Assembly: GCA_035502015.1 (NCBI GenBank)
Contig: DATJVA010000126.1
Coordinates: 1 to 51,254, forward strand
Direction: 5' to 3'
DNA from: Thermoplasmata archaeon
Lineage (GTDB): Archaea; Thermoplasmatota; Thermoplasmata; Lutacidiplasmatales; UBA184
DNA length: 51,254 nt
The notes beneath the pieces were generated by a model. It was not told where the DNA came from, made no database searches, and saw nothing but the letters and a program-made list of their open reading frames with translations. This document shows, piece after piece, positions 17,732-26,385 of this stretch (position 1 is the stretch's first letter; the number at the start of each line of letters is the position of its first letter). The position numbers and the translations under genes were made by a program.

Positions 17732-18976
17732 ATGGAGATGCACGCGTTCGGACGGTTGACGCCCGTCGAGGTGGCCCGTAAGCGCTTGTGGGGGGCGGTC
17801 CGACCGATCGACCGCGTCGAGCCGGTTCCGACCGAGCTCGCGTTCCGACGGGTGCTCGCGGACGACGTGCGGGCCCCGTCGCCGGTGCCGAGCTTTGCCC
17901 GGACGACGTGGGACGGCTACGCGCTCCGCAGTGCGGACACTCGAGGCGCTTCGCGTTCGCGACCGGTCGAGCTGCAGGTCGTCGGGGAGGTGTTCGCGGA
18001 GCAGTCGTTCCGCCGACGGCTCGGTCGGGGGGAGGCGGTGGCGATCGCGACCGGGGGAGCGATTCCCGCGGGAGCGGACGCGGTCGTCATCTTCGAGGAG
18101 GTCGACCGCGACGGACCGCGGGTCCGGGTGCCCCGGCCGATCGCGAAAGGAGACCGCATCTCGCCTCCGGGACACGACTTCCCCCGGGGAGCGCTTCTCG
18201 GGCGCGCGGGGGACGAGCTCTCCGCACCGGTCCTCGGCGCCATCGCGGCGTGCGGGATCGCCAACGTCCCAGTGTACGCGCAGCCCCGCGTCGCGGTCAT
18301 CCCGAACGGAAACGAGCTCCTCTCCCCCGGCAAGGCCCCTCGCACCGGGCGGGTCTTCGAGAGCAACAACGCCACGATCGCTTCCGTCGTGCTCGCCGCA
18401 GGGGGCGTCCCGGAGCTTCGTCCTCCGCTCGCCGATGACGCGACTCTGATCGAGCGGGAGTTGCGCTCGGCGCTCGCGAGTTCCGATATCGTGTTGGCCA
18501 CGGGAGGAAGCTCGGTCGGGGAGCGCGACCACCTTCCCCGGATCCTTCCGAAGCTCGGGGACCTCCTGTTTCACGGGATCGCCGTTCGGGCCGGAAAGCC
18601 GACCCTCGCCGCGCGGAGCCGAGGGAAGGTCGTGGTCGGGATGCCCGGACACCCCACCTCGTGCCTCGCCAACATGTACTGGCTCATGCTGCCCGTCCTG
18701 CGAAAACTCGCCCGGCGACCCGGCCCGGGTTGGACCGACGGGTGGGCGGTCCTCGGGAGCGACGCGGTGGCTCCTTCTCCCGGGCTCGCCACCTTCGTGC
18801 CCCTCCGATTCCGAGGAGGAAGGGCGTACACGACGTACCGAGGGTCCTCCGTCATCACGAGCCTCTCCGGGGCGACCGCGTTCGCGCTCCTTCCGCGAGG
18901 GCGCCACGTGGTCCACCGCGGCGACCGCGTCCGCGTGCACTTCCTCGACCCGCCCCTTGGACCGGGCCGCCCATAG
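17732..18976 (+). CDS. moeA: Molybdopterin molybdenumtransferase MoeA
   Basis: 414 aa. Motifs SPVPSFARTTWDGYAL, IATGGAIPAGADAVV, NGNEL, TGGSSVGERD, AVRAGKP. GGAGG lies 13 nt upstream of the ATG. Confidence 0.85.
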   Translation: MEMHAFGRLTPVEVARKRLWGAVRPIDRVEPVPTELAFRRVLADDVRAPSPVPSFARTTWDGYALRSADTRGASRSRPVELQVVGEVFAEQSFRRRLGRGEAVAIATGGAIPAGADAVVIFEEVDRDGPRVRVPRPIAKGDRISPPGHDFPRGALLGRAGDELSAPVLGAIAACGIANVPVYAQPRVAVIPNGNELLSPGKAPRTGRVFESNNATIASVVLAAGGVPELRPPLADDATLIERELRSALASSDIVLATGGSSVGERDHLPRILPKLGDLLFHGIAVRAGKPTLAARSRGKVVVGMPGHPTSCLANMYWLMLPVLRKLARRPGPGWTDGWAVLGSDAVAPSPGLATFVPLRFRGGRAYTTYRGSSVITSLSGATAFALLPRGRHVVHRGDRVRVHFLDPPLGPGRP

Positions 18977-19030
18977 TGAGGGCGGGTCGGGCAGAGACAA
19001 CGGTTATGCGGCCACTCGCCTCGGTCGGTC

Positions 19031-19855
19031 GTGGCGCGTCATGACCTCGCGCTGGCGATTCTTTCGATCGAGGGGACCAACTGCGACGACGAGCTCCGGG
19101 AAGCCCTCGTCACGCTCGGTGCTCGCCCCGAGGTCGTGCATCTGAAGCAGCTCGAAGGGCGGGAGGTCACGCCGGAAGCGCGGCGTCATCTAGCCGACTA
19201 CCAGGGACTCTTCGTGCCCGGAGGGTTCTCCGCGGGCGACTACGTTCGTGCCGGCGCGATCTTTGCGGCGCGGGTCCGAGCCGCGATAGGCCCGGAGCTT
19301 GAGGAGTTCGTGCGGGACGGCCGGATCGTTGGCGGCATCTGCAACGGGTTCCAGGTCCTCACCGAGCTCGGTCTGCTGCCCGGGAGTCCGGGGGGCCATC
19401 TTCGGCCGCCGCAGGTCGCGTTGATGACGAACGACTCCGGCCACTTCGAATGCCGTCCGACGTTCGTGGCATGGGAGGGCGGGAACTTTCCACCGCTCCA
19501 GGGCGTGCCGGAAGGGTCGCGGTTCCTGTTCCCCTCCGCCCACGCGGAAGGCAAGTTGGTCCTGGGAAGCGAGTCGCTTCGCCGCTCGGTCGAAGAGAAC
19601 GGACAGGTCTTGTTCCGCTGGGTCGCCCCCGACGGTTCCCGCGCGGTCTATCCCTGGAACCCGAACGGGGCGGAGGGGAACATCGCAGGACTCACGAACG
19701 CCGAGGGGAACGTCTTCGGTCTGATGCCGCACCCCGAGCGCTCGTTCTTCCGCGCCCAGGCTCCCGACTGGACCCGCGCCGGCTCACCGGAGGGGTTCGG
19801 GGACGGTCACACCTTCCTCGAGGCCGTCCTCCGGTACGTCGAGCGCCATACCTAG
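19031..19855 (+). CDS. purQ: Phosphoribosylformylglycinamidine synthase subunit PurQ (glutaminase)
   Basis: 274 aa. Motifs IEGTNCDDE, GGFSAGDY, catalytic GICNGFQ, and MPHPER. GTG start. No purL or purS in the window. Confidence 0.85.
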   Translation: MARHDLALAILSIEGTNCDDELREALVTLGARPEVVHLKQLEGREVTPEARRHLADYQGLFVPGGFSAGDYVRAGAIFAARVRAAIGPELEEFVRDGRIVGGICNGFQVLTELGLLPGSPGGHLRPPQVALMTNDSGHFECRPTFVAWEGGNFPPLQGVPEGSRFLFPSAHAEGKLVLGSESLRRSVEENGQVLFRWVAPDGSRAVYPWNPNGAEGNIAGLTNAEGNVFGLMPHPERSFFRAQAPDWTRAGSPEGFGDGHTFLEAVLRYVERHT

Positions 19856-20499
19856 CCACGGTGGGGTCGAAGTCGCCAGACGTCGAGCTGTTCGCCCTCC
19901 AGCCTTCTCGTGGCTACGACATCCACGCGGCCTCCCCAGGACCGAAAGCGTTCCCGGATCCGTTCGAGACCCTGCGGGTCCTGCCGGGAGGAGACGAGGA
20001 CGAACGCCGACCCCTCCGGAAGGAGGTGCTGGTCGAGCTCGTCCACCAGCCGGGCGGTCACCCGACAGCCGTCCGGGCCACCGTCCAGCGCGAGATTGTG
20101 CCACCGGTCCGGGTCCTGTTCCTCCCGGCTCGTCGGGAGGTACGGGGGGTTCGACACGATGCGATCGAACCGTCCCAGCCCGCGCGCGAGGTCGGTGCGG
20201 ACGAGCCCGACGTCGAGGCGCTCGGCGAGGGCGCGTCGCCGGAGCGAACGAAGAGCATGCGGATTCCGGTCGGTCGCCACCACCCGCGCTCCCCGTCGCG
20301 CGGCCGTGAGCGCGGCGAGCCCGGTTCCCGTCCCGACCTCGAGGAAGCGTGTGTCGGGAGCGACCTCAGCGAACGGTAGGAGAAGGAACGTATCCTCGCG
20401 GGGCGGGTAGACCGACGGTTCGTCGTCGGTCCCCCCGGGTCCGGACCGAGCGCCCTTCGGTGGCGGCCCGGCGGCGCGATGGCTTCTTATTGGCTCCAC
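19852..20499 (-). CDS. Class I SAM-dependent methyltransferase, HemK/Mtq2-like (NPPY)
   Basis: 215 aa. Motifs VYPPREDTF, SAM motif I LEVGTGTG, and the catalytic tetrapeptide NPPY. GTG start with the TATA-like ATTATAC ~25 nt upstream. Confidence 0.7.
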   Translation of the reverse strand: MEPIRSHRAAGPPPKGARSGPGGTDDEPSVYPPREDTFLLLPFAEVAPDTRFLEVGTGTGLAALTAARRGARVVATDRNPHALRSLRRRALAERLDVGLVRTDLARGLGRFDRIVSNPPYLPTSREEQDPDRWHNLALDGGPDGCRVTARLVDELDQHLLPEGSAFVLVSSRQDPQGLERIRERFRSWGGRVDVVATRRLEGEQLDVWRLRPHRG

Positions 20500-20531
20500 G
20501 CGTACAACCTAGCCTCACGGTATAATTGGCA

Positions 20532-21089
20532 ATGCCTCGTCGTCTTTCTCCTCCGGTCAAGATCGGGATCACGGGTCTCCCGGGGTCGGGCAAGACCCAG
20601 ACGTTGCTACGGATCATCGAGCTCCTGGAGGAAGAGGGAGTGACGGTCGGCGGAATGGTCACCGAGCCGATCGTCGAGAAGCAGCGACGGACCGGTTTCC
20701 AGATCACGGACTGGATGACGAAGGAACACGAGGTCTTCGCGCACGAGGGACTCAAGTCGCGGATCCGCTCGGGCCGGTACGGTGTCAACATCGCCGCGCT
20801 CGAGGGGCTGGGGACCCGCGCGCTCGCGGAGGCCCGTGAGTCGGCCGACGTGATCGTGATCGACGAGGTCGGGAAGATGGAGGTCGAGAGCGAGGCGTTC
20901 ACGAAGAGCGTCATCGATACGCTCGACGCCCGCAAGTCGATCGTGATGACCCTCCACAAGAAGTCGAGGAACCCCTTGCTCCAGGACATCCGTCGGAGGG
21001 ACGAGCTACGCCTGCTCGAAGTGACCCCGGTGAACAAGAACCTCCTCGCGTTCAAGATCGTTCATCTGATCACCGGCCGCGCCCATTGA
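20532..21089 (+). CDS. Nucleoside-triphosphatase THEP1 family (COG1618)
   Basis: ~185 aa. Motifs IGITGLPGSGKT (Walker A), GFQITD, VIVIDEVGKME (Walker B). The track start TTG 20526 is an alternative. Confidence 0.75.
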   Translation: MPRRLSPPVKIGITGLPGSGKTQTLLRIIELLEEEGVTVGGMVTEPIVEKQRRTGFQITDWMTKEHEVFAHEGLKSRIRSGRYGVNIAALEGLGTRALAEARESADVIVIDEVGKMEVESEAFTKSVIDTLDARKSIVMTLHKKSRNPLLQDIRRRDELRLLEVTPVNKNLLAFKIVHLITGRAH

Positions 21090-22195
21090 ACGTCTCCGTC
21101 GAGGGGGGCACGGAGCTCCTCCTTCCCCACCGCGCCCCCTCGCGGGGCCCCGGGCGAAGGGCGCCCGTGTTCTACAATCCGGCGATGGCCGGTGACCGCG
21201 ACCTGGGTGTCGCCCTCGCGATGGCGCTCGCCCCGCTGCCCCACCGACGCCGGGTGGGCTGGGAGATGACGGCGGCCACGGGGGTTCGAGGTCTCCGCCT
21301 GCTCGCCGAGACCGCCGTGTTCGAGCGTTTCCTCTTCACCGAGGCGAACCCCGAGGCGTTTCGGGTGCTCCGGGAGAACGTCAACCGCTTTTCCGGGACG
21401 GTCGCGGTCGAGGGGGATGCGCGGGTCGTCCCGTCGGAGGCGCCGTTCGACTACGTCGACCTCGACCCGTACGGCACTCCGGTGCCGTTCGCCGTGAACG
21501 CCATCGCTTCGGTTCGGCCCGGTGGCGTGGTCGCCGTCACCGCCACCGACATGATGGTGCTGGCCGGCGCGCAGCCGTCGGCGTGCCTGCGCCGCTACGG
21601 GGCGCGACCGGTGCGCGGACGCTTGGGCCCGGAGGGCGGGCTACGGATACTGCTCGCGATGCTCGCCCGGGAGGCCGAGCGCCTCGGTCGGTCCGTCCGT
21701 CCCTTGCTATCGTACTCCCGAGATCACTACGTTCGGGCCTACCTGGAGGTCGGGGACCGTTCCGCCGAGAACGCACCGGTCGCTGAGGTCCAGCCGGAAC
21801 AGTGGTCGGGGCCCTGGCTCGGGGACCGAGGCCCGTACGGGCCGCTCTGGTTGGGCCCCCTCTTCGACCTCGAGGTCGTCGAGCGCCTTCACCCCCCCGA
21901 GCGGGCCGCCCGGCCGGCCGAGGTCGAACGGTTCATCGCGCGCCTGAAGGAAGAGGCCATCGTGGACCGGCCGTTCTACTACGAGGCGAACGTGCTCTCC
22001 TCCCGCCTCGGGCTCGCCGCGCCGCCGGCTCTTCGGTCCGTCTTCGACGCCCTCCGGACCCTCGGATTCCATGTGGCGAGGACCCACGCACGCCCGGAAG
22101 GTTTCCGGACGGACGCGCCCCGACTCGACGTCGAGCAGGTGGTCCAGGAGCTGGGCGGGTCAGGTCAGTCCCAGAAGACCCGGGTCCGGGCGTAG
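21086..22195 (+). CDS. trm1: tRNA (guanine(26)-N2)-dimethyltransferase Trm1
   Basis: 369 aa. Motifs VFYNPAMAGDRDL, ATGVRGLR, YVDLDPYGTP, ATD. TTG start overlaps the upstream stop (TTGA). The 3' end overlaps the convergent lhr by 31 nt. Confidence 0.8.
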   Translation: MNVSVEGGTELLLPHRAPSRGPGRRAPVFYNPAMAGDRDLGVALAMALAPLPHRRRVGWEMTAATGVRGLRLLAETAVFERFLFTEANPEAFRVLRENVNRFSGTVAVEGDARVVPSEAPFDYVDLDPYGTPVPFAVNAIASVRPGGVVAVTATDMMVLAGAQPSACLRRYGARPVRGRLGPEGGLRILLAMLAREAERLGRSVRPLLSYSRDHYVRAYLEVGDRSAENAPVAEVQPEQWSGPWLGDRGPYGPLWLGPLFDLEVVERLHPPERAARPAEVERFIARLKEEAIVDRPFYYEANVLSSRLGLAAPPALRSVFDALRTLGFHVARTHARPEGFRTDAPRLDVEQVVQELGGSGQSQKTRVRA

Positions 22196-25008
22196 GCGCG
22201 CTCGGCGCGAAGGATCTCGACGAAGAACGCGTCGTCGTCGCGATAGAGACGCATCAGTAGGCGCCGGGCGGTCTCGGGTCCGATCCCGCGGGCGGCGAGG
22301 GCGTACAGAGCGCGTTCCCCGTAGTGCGCGACGAGCTCTGCGCTGGTGTAGCCGGCCCGCACCAGCGCCTCCGTCCCCGGCGCCAGCGTACGCTCCCGTC
22401 GGGTCCGTCGACCTTTCGAGGGCTTCTCGCGGGAACGCTTCCGCTTCGCGTAGTCGCTCAGCCGGTCGATCTCCTCGGTTCGGCGCGGCGACAACACCGC
22501 CGAGAGCGACCCGTGGCACAGGAGGCATCGGCTCCCGCCCTCGGTTCTGTAGCGTGACGGGGTGGTCGTGCGGACGAACCCGCACCGAAGGCAGACGAGC
22601 GTCAGGGGCTCCTTGGCGAGCCGCTCCTGGACCGCCTTCAGCAGCGTCGGCGGCGGGAGGTCCGGAACGGTCCGCCACTCGAGTCGTTCGAGCGGACCGT
22701 CGGTGAACGCGGACGGGGCGGTCGCCACGACCTCGATCCGTCCGTCCCGGATCCGCTCGAGGACCTCGGTGGCGTGCTCGAGGTCGTAGCGGTCGTGGAG
22801 CGTCTTCTCGAGCGTCTCGTCTCCGAGCGGGTTGAGTCGGCTGGCCGCGAGCAGCGGGTCGAGGGTCCGAAGGTCGCGCGGGTCCGCGGACGCCGGCACC
22901 ACGCCGAGCTTCCGGGCCACGGCCAAGAACACCCAACGGTAATCGAGACCGGACGGGACAAGCCGCTCTACGAGCGGTCGAACGGTCGTCGGGTCGATCG
23001 AGAGCGCGTCGACGAGCGTCGCGGCGTCGACCGCGACCGGAAGCTCGAGGACGAACCACGTCGGTTCGACGGCCGCGACCTCGACCCGGGCCCCGAGGCG
23101 TGCGGTGAGCAGACCGGCGGTGGCGAGCGAGAGCGTCTCGTTCGTGCGGGTGCCGAAGCAGGCGCCATAGACGACCACCCTTCCGTGGGACGTGACGGTG
23201 ACCCGACGGTCCGTCGGGATCGTCCCGGCGAGCGCCGGGGCCTTCCGCCGCTCCTCGAGGTACTCCCGGTCCACGTCCGGGATCGGGTAACCCTCCAGCT
23301 TCCCTTCGCGCCGTAGCTGTCCGATCTCCTGCGCTACATCGAACGGGACCGGGAGGTCCTCCCCCGCCCAGCGAGGCTCCCGGCCGATCTCTTGGACCGT
23401 CTCCACGAGGAGCTCCCCGTCGCGGTACTCCACGACCTTCCAGGTGCGGCCGTGGAGCAGGAAGATCTCCTCGGGTTGGGCGAGGATCTGGGTGAGGACG
23501 AACCGCTCGTCGAGCGTGCCGATCAGCCGACGAGTACCGATGTCCCGGAGTCGGTACGTCCGCTCGTCGGGAATCAGCGAGAGCGACGCGTAGAACCGCG
23601 GCAGGGTGCCGCGCCCGGGGGTGAGGCGACGACCGTCCCGACGAGCGAGCCCGAGCCCGACCAGGTAGTCGATGAGGTCGGTCCACTCGGAGTCCTGGAG
23701 GTCGGCGGTCGCTGCCGCATGCCGCAGCGGCCGCAGGAGGTCCTCCGCCTCGAGGCTCCCCTCCGCACGAAGGGTCGCCACCACCTGCTGGGCCGCCGCC
23801 AAGCGGTTCCGGGTCCGCCAGGAGACCGGCTCGATGAGTCCGCTGTCCGCCCGTCGTGCGAGCACCGCGGCCTCCTCGAGGTCGTCGTCGTCGAGAGCGA
23901 GAACGGTGCCGTGGATGGTTCGGTCGAGACGGTGTCCCGACCGACCGACCCGCTGAACCAGGCGGCCGACCTGGTGGGGAGAGCCGAACTGGACCACGTG
24001 GTCGACGACACCGATGTCGATCCCGAGCTCAAGGGAGGAGGTGGCGACGAGCCCACGCAACTGACCTTCGCGGAACGCGCGTTCCGCTTCCTCACGGACC
24101 TCGCGCGAAAGAGACCCGTGATGGACCGCGATCGGAAGGTCCGGCGCCAGCTTCTGCAGCCGTGCGGCGAGCCCTTCGGCGGTCGGTCGCGTGTTGACGA
24201 AGACCAGGGTCGTCCGATGCTGGCGGATCTCCTCCTCGACGGCGCGCAGTCCGTCCAGCAGTCCTTTGTCGGCCTTCAGGTCCCGCGCGAGCGACTCGTT
24301 GAGCGGAGGTCGGTCGTGCCCCGGCCGGCGCGCCGTGAGCTCGAGCGGCCGTCGCTCCTGAGCGACCCGTACCTCGACCGTTCGAGGAGCGGGCGAAAGG
24401 AACCGCGCGACCTCGCTCGGGTTGCCCACCGTCGCGGAGAGCCCGATCCGCCGGACCAAGCGGCCGGTCAACCGGTCCAACCGCTCGAGCGTGATCGAAA
24501 GCTGCGCGCCGCGGTCGGAGCCGACGAGCTCGTGGACCTCGTCGATCACCACCGAGCGAACGTTCCGAAGCGACTCGCGCAATCGAGCCCCGGTCAGAAG
24601 GAGCTGAAGCGTCTCCGGGGTCGTCAGAAGTAGGTCCGGAGGGCGTCGGGACTGGGCGAGTCGCGCCGAGGTCGGGGTGTCGCCGTGTCGGACCGACGCG
24701 CTCAGTCCGATCTTCGTTGTGAGGGCCACGATCCGGTGCTCGAGGTCCCGATTGAGCGCTCGCAGCGGCGTGATGTAGAGGATCGAGATCGGCGGGCTCG
24801 GGTCGGCGAGACGGCGCGAGAGGAGGGGGAGCAACACGGCCTCGGTCTTCCCGGTGCCCGTCGGCGAGAGCAGCAGGGCATCGGCGCCGGTCTCGAGAAG
24901 GGGGAAGGCGAGTCGTTGGATCTCGGTGGGCTCGTTCAGGCCAAGGTCGCGGACCGCTTCCTGTAGGCGCGGGTCGAGAGTGGTGAAAGCGGGGGCGGGT
25001 GCGGCCAT
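22165..25008 (-). CDS. lhr: Lhr-type superfamily-2 ATP-dependent helicase (DEAD/DEAH plus Lhr C-terminal domains)
   Basis: 947 aa. Motifs TEIQRLAFP (Q motif), SPTGTGKT (motif I), DEVHE (motif II), SAT, and QRVGRSGH (motif VI). Long winged-helix/DEAD-associated C-terminal region including a CxxC...CxxC cluster (CLRCGFV...CLLCHG). Confidence 0.8.
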   Translation of the reverse strand: MAAPAPAFTTLDPRLQEAVRDLGLNEPTEIQRLAFPLLETGADALLLSPTGTGKTEAVLLPLLSRRLADPSPPISILYITPLRALNRDLEHRIVALTTKIGLSASVRHGDTPTSARLAQSRRPPDLLLTTPETLQLLLTGARLRESLRNVRSVVIDEVHELVGSDRGAQLSITLERLDRLTGRLVRRIGLSATVGNPSEVARFLSPAPRTVEVRVAQERRPLELTARRPGHDRPPLNESLARDLKADKGLLDGLRAVEEEIRQHRTTLVFVNTRPTAEGLAARLQKLAPDLPIAVHHGSLSREVREEAERAFREGQLRGLVATSSLELGIDIGVVDHVVQFGSPHQVGRLVQRVGRSGHRLDRTIHGTVLALDDDDLEEAAVLARRADSGLIEPVSWRTRNRLAAAQQVVATLRAEGSLEAEDLLRPLRHAAATADLQDSEWTDLIDYLVGLGLARRDGRRLTPGRGTLPRFYASLSLIPDERTYRLRDIGTRRLIGTLDERFVLTQILAQPEEIFLLHGRTWKVVEYRDGELLVETVQEIGREPRWAGEDLPVPFDVAQEIGQLRREGKLEGYPIPDVDREYLEERRKAPALAGTIPTDRRVTVTSHGRVVVYGACFGTRTNETLSLATAGLLTARLGARVEVAAVEPTWFVLELPVAVDAATLVDALSIDPTTVRPLVERLVPSGLDYRWVFLAVARKLGVVPASADPRDLRTLDPLLAASRLNPLGDETLEKTLHDRYDLEHATEVLERIRDGRIEVVATAPSAFTDGPLERLEWRTVPDLPPPTLLKAVQERLAKEPLTLVCLRCGFVRTTTPSRYRTEGGSRCLLCHGSLSAVLSPRRTEEIDRLSDYAKRKRSREKPSKGRRTRRERTLAPGTEALVRAGYTSAELVAHYGERALYALAARGIGPETARRLLMRLYRDDDAFFVEILRAERAYARTRVFWD

Positions 25009-25053
25009 GAACGGGCCGCACCAGCCCGGCCGAACGGAAAGGGATGACGGGAC

Positions 25054-25491
25054 CTACGCGTCGCCCGGAGGCTCCAGGTCGAGCATCTTGAGCCCGTAGC
25101 TCTCCACCATCGGCCGGCCGAAGCTTCGGCCGGGGAACACTTCGACCATCACTTCCTGGAGCATCCCCACCTTGGCGCGCAGGAGATGCCCACCGACAAG
25201 GCGGTGGTCGGGGCCGGCGACGGCACCGTGCAGATGGAGCGACGGCACCCCATCCTGACGGGCGATCGTCCCGTGGAGCGCCACCACTTCGTGGGGCACC
25301 GAGAGGTCGTGCGGACGGTACTGTGTCCCGTCCCAGTATCCGAAGGTGGCGCTGCGGAACATCCCGACACCGAACACGACCGCCCCTGCGCGGACATCCT
25401 CTCGCAGGGCGAACTCGGAGAGCGCCTCGAAGAGATCCTGGCCGTCGTCGAGCCGCAAGACCCAGCGACTCCCATCACGCACCGCCTGCAT
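25054..25491 (-). CDS. PPC/DUF296-domain DNA-binding-like protein
   Basis: 145 aa from MQAVRDGSRWVLRLDDGQDLFEALSEFALREDVRAGAVVFGVGMF...LHLHGAV...GGHL, the pattern of the PCC (plants and prokaryotes conserved) domain. The upstream part of the track ORF is probably non-coding. Confidence 0.65.
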   Translation of the reverse strand: MQAVRDGSRWVLRLDDGQDLFEALSEFALREDVRAGAVVFGVGMFRSATFGYWDGTQYRPHDLSVPHEVVALHGTIARQDGVPSLHLHGAVAGPDHRLVGGHLLRAKVGMLQEVMVEVFPGRSFGRPMVESYGLKMLDLEPPGDA

Positions 25492-25540
25492 CGCTTCGTG
25501 GAGGGGTCTCCGCCCTAAGGGGTTTCTCGGGCCTACCTTT

Positions 25541-25558
25541 GTTACTGAATTCAGTAAC
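25541..25558. promoter_or_regulatory. Perfect 18-bp palindrome GTTACTGAATTCAGTAAC (operator candidate)
   Basis: Read directly from the sequence. It is AT-rich relative to its flanks and lies in the 97-nt divergent spacer between the PPC gene (start 25491) and the small ORF starting at 25589. Confidence 0.6.
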
Positions 25559-25588
25559 GTCTTATCCCGGGCCGTCCTCCTGACGGGC

Positions 25589-25936
25589 GTGTTCAGCCGC
25601 ACCGAACGGGTATTCCTCAAGGTGCTCGCCGAGTCGCCGACTCCCTCTGGTGGCGCTCGCCTGGAGCAGGTGTTCCCGAATCCAGTGTACCGACGCAAGC
25701 TCATGTGGGGGATCCGACAGAAGGCCGGCGAGTCGCTCGAGGATTGGCATCTCTACACCGTGGCCGCGCGCCGGGACTCCCGCCTCCTTCCCCGGGAGGC
25801 GGAAGGGGCGGAGCCTTCACGACCGTTGTTCGCTGACCCGATCGTCGGAATGGTGGAATCGCTGAAACGCTCGCTCCGGAGACGGGCCAAGGACCCGAAA
25901 GCGGCCGCCGCCCCCAGATCGGGGCGGTCGAGGTGA
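25589..25936 (+). CDS. Small hypothetical protein, possibly wHTH-like
   Basis: 115 aa from GTG: FSRTERVFLKVLAESPTPSGGARLEQVF...; basic C-terminus. Third-position GC ~79% by hand count, which is intermediate. It is followed 4 nt later by the next ORF. Product assignment is speculative. Confidence 0.4.
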   Translation: MFSRTERVFLKVLAESPTPSGGARLEQVFPNPVYRRKLMWGIRQKAGESLEDWHLYTVAARRDSRLLPREAEGAEPSRPLFADPIVGMVESLKRSLRRRAKDPKAAAAPRSGRSR

Positions 25937-25940
25937 ACCG

Positions 25941-26282
25941 GTGGTAGCGGTGGTGGCCGGGGTCGCGATCGGGGTCGCCGTTGGTCTGGTCCTCATCCTG
26001 GTGATCTTTTACATCCTCGTTCTACGACGTGGGCGAAGCCTCGGGACGAGAGGGATCATACAGCGTTCGCGTCTTCGCTGTCCGAAGTGCGGCAGAGAGT
26101 TCGATTTCGATTACTTTCCCGGCGGCTCGTTCACGGCGCTCAGGCTCGGACGGTCTCGCTACATGTCGTGTCCGCTCTGTCACCGATGGTCCGCTTTCAA
26201 CCTCCATGACACGATGATCGCGCGGACCCCAACGTCGGCCGAATCCGGCGACACCCGCGACCCACCGCTCTCCCCCGAATGA
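25941..26282 (+). CDS. Small membrane-anchored zinc-ribbon protein (hypothetical)
   Basis: 113 aa. N-terminal hydrophobic helix VAVVAGVAIGVAVGLVLILVIFYILVL, a basic stop-transfer RRGR, then CPKCG...x28...CPLCH (CxxC/CxxC). GTG start. Third-position GC only ~73%. Confidence 0.45.
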   Translation: MVAVVAGVAIGVAVGLVLILVIFYILVLRRGRSLGTRGIIQRSRLRCPKCGREFDFDYFPGGSFTALRLGRSRYMSCPLCHRWSAFNLHDTMIARTPTSAESGDTRDPPLSPE

Positions 26283-26385
26283 CCACGCGCGACCCCCGCT
26301 CGAGTCCCCGGGCGACGTCGCCCGGGCTCGCCATCTGGAAGCCCGGAAGGAAAGGGTAATGGGCCTCGGACGGTAGATTCCTCGG

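Noticed and set aside
17189-19000. 603-aa minus-strand ORF covering the pfkB/moeA region
   Set aside because: It is antisense to two genes with clear catalytic motifs. Its translation is Arg/Pro/Gly/Ser low-complexity with no motifs. This is a typical shadow ORF of high-GC DNA.
20366-21055. 229-aa Ser/Arg-rich minus-strand ORF
   Set aside because: It is antisense to the THEP1 NTPase gene, which has clear Walker A and B motifs.
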